Assembly: GCA_963751345.1 (NCBI GenBank)
Contig: CAVVUS010000030.1
Coordinates: 364,730 to 428,729, forward strand
Direction of reading: 5' to 3'
From: an uncultured Chloroflexia bacterium
GTDB taxonomy: Bacteria > Chloroflexota > Anaerolineae > B4-G1 > SLSP01
Length of the DNA stretch: 64,000 bases
Shown one piece after another: positions 59,839-64,000 of this stretch. Within the stretch, counting starts at the first letter, position 1, and each line of letters opens with the position of its first letter. The notes below the pieces were generated by a model. It saw nothing but the letters and a program-made list of their open reading frames with translations, was not told the origin of the DNA and searched no databases. Both the position numbers and the translations under genes were made by a program.

Positions 59839-60896
59839 GACGGCTTCTGCGCCTGTCGCTGCTCATCCTCTGTATTCTCCTGGCCGCCTGCGGACAAGGG
59901 ACGCTGCAAGGCGGAGATATCGCGGTCGAAGGCACTCGCGATCTTCCAGGCCGTCAGGCTATGGAGGCCCCCTCAGGTTCTACGGTTCGGCCCACCGATA
60001 CGGCACTCCCGCCGACACCGTTGGTTGAGCCTACGCTGACAGAGACGCCACAGCCCACGGATACAGTATCGCCACCGCCTACATCCACGGCGGCTCCCTC
60101 TGAGACGCCGCCTCCCACGGAGACGCCGCCTCCCACGGAGACACCCGCGCCGGACGCGACGCCTGCTCCCTCGCCGACCGTCACGGCGACATATCCGCCG
60201 CCGCCCCAGGCCCTCAACGTACCCATCTTGATGTACCACTATATCTCGGAGCTGCCGCCGGATGCGGATATTTACCGGACCGATCTGACGGTGACCCCCG
60301 AGCAGTTCCAGGCCGAGCTGCAATATCTGCAGGAACAGGGATATGAGACGGTCAGGTTGAGCGATATCTACACAACGCTCACCACGGGGAAGCCTTTGCC
60401 GGCACGCCCTATCGTCCTTACCTTTGACGACGGCTACAAAGATGCCTATACCAACGCCATGCCGCTGTTGCAGGCCTACGGCTATGCCGGCGAGTTCTTT
60501 GTTCTGGCGACACCCGCCCACTACGAAGCGCCGGGCTATCTCACCTGGAACGACATGCTCGCGATGTCCGACGCCGGCATGTCGATGCAGGCACACGGGC
60601 GCGATCACTACGATCTCACCAACCGCGATTTTGACTTCCTCGTCTACCAGATCCTGGGAGCGAAGGAGGCCGTGGAGGCCCACACCAATCAGCCGGTCAC
60701 GTTCTTCTGCTACCCGTCGGGCCGCTACGATGCGGATACTCAGGCTGTCGTCGAGTCCGCAGGCTACGAAGGGGCGGTCACCACAGCCTGGGGGACCGAA
60801 CTGCGGCTCGACAACCGCTATGCGTGGCCCCGTATCCGCATCAGGGGGGAGTGGGGGCTGACGGAATTCGCCAATGTGCTCTCATCTCCGGACTAG
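59835..60896 (+). CDS. Polysaccharide deacetylase (CE4) lipoprotein
   Basis: LAAC lipobox, Pro/Thr linker, PILMYH, LTFDDGY, FCYPSG. Confidence 0.9.
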   Translation: MRRLLRLSLLILCILLAACGQGTLQGGDIAVEGTRDLPGRQAMEAPSGSTVRPTDTALPPTPLVEPTLTETPQPTDTVSPPPTSTAAPSETPPPTETPPPTETPAPDATPAPSPTVTATYPPPPQALNVPILMYHYISELPPDADIYRTDLTVTPEQFQAELQYLQEQGYETVRLSDIYTTLTTGKPLPARPIVLTFDDGYKDAYTNAMPLLQAYGYAGEFFVLATPAHYEAPGYLTWNDMLAMSDAGMSMQAHGRDHYDLTNRDFDFLVYQILGAKEAVEAHTNQPVTFFCYPSGRYDADTQAVVESAGYEGAVTTAWGTELRLDNRYAWPRIRIRGEWGLTEFANVLSSPD

Positions 60897-60927
60897 CTGA
60901 GTGCGAACCGATTACGGAGGGAGATCG

Positions 60928-61512
60928 ATGCGTAAATGGTCGATTGTGCTGTTGGTGTCGCTGGCACTCGCATGCAATTTCCCGGGACTACCGGCGAACT
61001 GGCCGCTTGCGGCAAGAGAAACGCCAACGTCGGAATCATCCAGTCCGGGCGCCACGGATACCCCGACGTCCATGCCTGGAGACGTACAGAATACCCCAGC
61101 GCCCTTCGACACCCCAACGGACGAGCAAGGGCAGCCCAGCCTCACGCCGACGCCGACCGCGACGGCCACGATGCAGGCAACGCCGAGTTCGACACCCCAG
61201 CCCACGAATACCCCGGCGCCGGCCCAGCCCGCAGCGCCGCTGGCCTTCCAGGATCCCGCCTGGGAGTTGGTCTCCTGGAACAAGATTCCCGATACGAATG
61301 ACTGGCAGGGCACGATCCGCATCTACGTGACCGGGGGGACGGCTCCCTATCGCTCCCAGTTGGAGGACAACGAGATCGTCAACGGCCTCGACGTCCCGGC
61401 CCGATGGCGGCTGTGCGCCGCGATGCCTGCCACGATCAGGGTCTGGTCCGATGATGGTCAGAAAATCCAGACCAGTATTTGGGTGTCGGAGGTGGGCTGC
61501 CCCAGCAACTGA
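60928..61512 (+). CDS. Hypothetical lipoprotein with a C-terminal Cys-containing beta domain
   Basis: GGAGG RBS, ALAC lipobox, Pro/Thr linker. Confidence 0.75.
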   Translation: MRKWSIVLLVSLALACNFPGLPANWPLAARETPTSESSSPGATDTPTSMPGDVQNTPAPFDTPTDEQGQPSLTPTPTATATMQATPSSTPQPTNTPAPAQPAAPLAFQDPAWELVSWNKIPDTNDWQGTIRIYVTGGTAPYRSQLEDNEIVNGLDVPARWRLCAAMPATIRVWSDDGQKIQTSIWVSEVGCPSN

Positions 61513-61630
61513 ACCCCAGCATGGGCCCGCGAACCCGAACGTCTGTTCTTATCCGTTGACGACGGCAGGCTTCCCACTATACTGAAGCCCCGAGAACGTC
61601 GGAAATCATGGGGGGTGTCAAAGGATGGGG

Positions 61631-63268
61631 ATGACAGACGAGTTCGAAGAAGCGTTCCCAAGGCCGGAGGTACGTGAGGTCGGAGTCCTGGGCACCGTCG
61701 TAAGCGGCAGCTTGGGCAAGGGCATTGAGGCAAGGCTGGCACCCGACCGGCTGATCGAAGGGCTGGCAGTCGGCCGCTACGTCGTCATCCGCGGTCAGAC
61801 GGGGCGGCGTTTCTTCGGGATGATCACCGATGTCGCGCTGGAAAGCGGCCACCCGGAAATCGAGCAGTCGCCGCCCGACGAGCCCGACGGCTTCATCGCT
61901 CGGGTATATCGCGGCACGCTGACCTACGGCCGGCTCCACATCACCCCGATGCTTGTGATTGACCAAGAAGGCGGGGACGTCCGGCCCGCCAAGACCGTCC
62001 CCGCACACTTCACGCACGTTTATGAAGCCACGTCGGAAGAGGTGGCGGACGTTTTTGGCGACCCCGATGAGGCCGGACGCTTCTACATCGGCGATCCCCT
62101 GGAAATGCAGGGCACCCGAATCGCGCTGGATTTGGCACGATTCGTCGAGCGTTCCAGCGGCATCTTCGGCAAGAGCGGCACCGGCAAGACGTTTCTCACA
62201 CGGATGGTGCTGGCGGGCATCATCGAGAACAAGGCGGCGGTGAACCTGGTCTTCGATATGCACAATGAGTATGGTTGGAAGAGCGAGGACGAAGCGAAGC
62301 AGGACGTGAAGGGCTTACGCCAGCTCTTCTATGACGGACGCGTAAGCGTCTTTACGCTGGACCCCGAATCGTCGCGCCGCCGGGGGAGCAAGGTGGACTT
62401 CGCCGTGAGGATCGGATACGACCAGCTCGATCCCGAGGACTTGGAGATGCTGGCCCCGCTGTTCGGTTTCACCGAAGTCCAGACCAACGCACTCTATATG
62501 CTGCGCCGGCGACTGGGGATAGACTGGGTTCGGCGGCTGCTTGACGAGGACATGGGTGAGGAGCTACGGGAGATCCTGGAGCAGAATCGCCTCCACGAGG
62601 GGACCCTGGGCGCGATCCAGCGAAAGCTGGAACAGCTCCGCCGGTTCGGGTTCCTGGTCGATCACGCCACGGACGATCCTATCCGCCGCATCCTCGACTA
62701 TCTGACCAGCGGCAAGAACGTTATCCTGGAGTTTGGGCGTTACGGCAACGCCCTGGAAGCCTATATCCTCGTCGCCAACTACATCACCCGGCGCATTCAC
62801 CAGGAATACGTGGATCGGAAGGAGCGGTACGTGGGGGGCCAGGGAGCGGAGCCTCGACCGCTGGTCATCACGATCGAGGAGGCACACAAGTTCCTCGATC
62901 CGGCTATCGCTCGACACACCATCTTCGGCACGATCGCAAGGGAGATGCGGAAGTACAACGTCACGCTGTTGATCGTGGACCAGCGACCGAGCGGCATCGA
63001 TGCGGAGGTGATGAGCCAGGTCGGGACACGGGTGACGGCGCTGCTGGATGAAGAGGGCGACATCCGCGCGGTCTTCTCGGGGGTTGCGGGCACGGCAGCA
63101 TTGCGGGAGGTGCTGGCGCGATTGGAAACCAAGCAGCAAGCGCTCATCCTGGGACACGCCGTCCCCATGCCGATCGTGATCCATATCAGGGATTACCGGG
63201 AGATGACCCAGGAGATTGCGGGGAACGCGATCGACATCAAGGACGCAGGTGCGGCGCTCTTCGGCTAG
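61631..63268 (+). CDS. HerA-like ATPase (DUF87)
   Basis: N-terminal HAS-barrel-like region, GKSGTGKT, FDMHNEY, IEEAHKF, REMRKY, DQRPS. Confidence 0.88.
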   Translation: MTDEFEEAFPRPEVREVGVLGTVVSGSLGKGIEARLAPDRLIEGLAVGRYVVIRGQTGRRFFGMITDVALESGHPEIEQSPPDEPDGFIARVYRGTLTYGRLHITPMLVIDQEGGDVRPAKTVPAHFTHVYEATSEEVADVFGDPDEAGRFYIGDPLEMQGTRIALDLARFVERSSGIFGKSGTGKTFLTRMVLAGIIENKAAVNLVFDMHNEYGWKSEDEAKQDVKGLRQLFYDGRVSVFTLDPESSRRRGSKVDFAVRIGYDQLDPEDLEMLAPLFGFTEVQTNALYMLRRRLGIDWVRRLLDEDMGEELREILEQNRLHEGTLGAIQRKLEQLRRFGFLVDHATDDPIRRILDYLTSGKNVILEFGRYGNALEAYILVANYITRRIHQEYVDRKERYVGGQGAEPRPLVITIEEAHKFLDPAIARHTIFGTIAREMRKYNVTLLIVDQRPSGIDAEVMSQVGTRVTALLDEEGDIRAVFSGVAGTAALREVLARLETKQQALILGHAVPMPIVIHIRDYREMTQEIAGNAIDIKDAGAALFG

Positions 63269-63325
63269 ACATGATGATGAGAGAGTAGGAGTTTTCTTGG
63301 AAAGCACTGTCTTCAGTAGACACGA

Positions 63326-64000
63326 ATGGCTCAAGGGGTTCCCCCCGGCCCAGCTCGTCTATATCGTCTACCGGCGACTTCGCGAGCACGGGCTGAGAAC
63401 CACATGGTTGTGGATCAACGACAAGATCGTGCGCCGGACGCGCGGGTTCTCCGTGCCATCCGTGAGCTGTGTGGCACCCCAGCTCTATGTCGGGGGTCAA
63501 CATACACGGCGAGGCCTGGCGGGGATGCGTGGACTGGGCATCACGGCGGTGATCAACATGCGCGAGGAAGCGGATGACGATATGCGCGGCGTGAAGCTCG
63601 ATGAGTATCTATGGCTCCCGACTCGGGACGATGCAGCACCTTCGGCGAAGGATCTGGCACGCGGCGTCGCCTTTATCGAGGAGCACTTGGGCGAACGACA
63701 GGGCGTCTATATCCACTGTGCCTCAGGTGTCGGACGGGCCCCCACGATGGCGGCTGCCTATTTCGTCCACCGGGGAGCCACGCCGGAAGAGGCCTGGGAG
63801 CTCGTCCGCAGGGGACGCCCGTTTGTTCGACCGACACCGCCGCAGATTGCGGCCATTCTCGCGTTTGCGAAGCACGTGCCCGCACACCCAACAGATGTCA
63901 CCGACGACGCCGGGTCAACTCTCGGCTCGCCCGGAACCATGTCCCAGGGCGACCCGTCCGGTCCGTCCGATCCCCCCGCCTCCATTGGGGAGCGCGAGGT
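63326..64000 (+). CDS. Dual-specificity protein phosphatase family protein (frameshift near the C-run at 63341, runs off the window)
   Basis: Manual translation: LYVGGQ, GITAVINMR, VYIHCASGVGRAPT (CX5R). Confidence 0.8.

Overview
High-GC bacterial DNA, most likely Anaerolineae/Chloroflexota (inferred from a C-terminal 'VYLPLVVR' motif and Pro/Thr-linker lipoproteins). Many genes, including coaE and serA, carry single-base frameshifts that look like long-read indel errors. Layout: (1) 1-14.3 kb, a carbohydrate uptake/oxidation locus (pectin-lyase-fold protein, three Gfo/Idh/MocA oxidoreductases, GxGYxYP lipoprotein, Opp-type ABC system, GntR/LacI regulator). (2) 14.3-26.8 kb, housekeeping genes (coaE, ABC-F, 1-phosphofructokinase, Ser/Thr kinase, pcm, a serine-pathway cluster). 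(3) 27-49.7 kb, an accessory region with a c-di-AMP riboswitch in front of an unannotated 51-aa ORF, a thrombospondin-like Cys-rich membrane protein, a defence island (AbiE, HNH, Abi_C, Mrr, Dcm-Vsr-wHTH/HNH) and several intact or decayed toxin-antitoxin modules. (4) 49.8-64 kb, nifJ/PFOR, an FAD/Fe-S oxidoreductase, ArsR, tRNA-Leu(CAA), ECF sigma/anti-sigma, NUDIX, polysaccharide deacetylase, HerA-like ATPase and a phosphatase. Most notable: progressively decayed copies of the PFOR 3' end punctuate the TA/defence cassettes at about 2.3-2.5 kb spacing, suggesting serial cassette accretion at a protein-gene attachment site. All calls come from reading the sequence by eye; no database searches were run.
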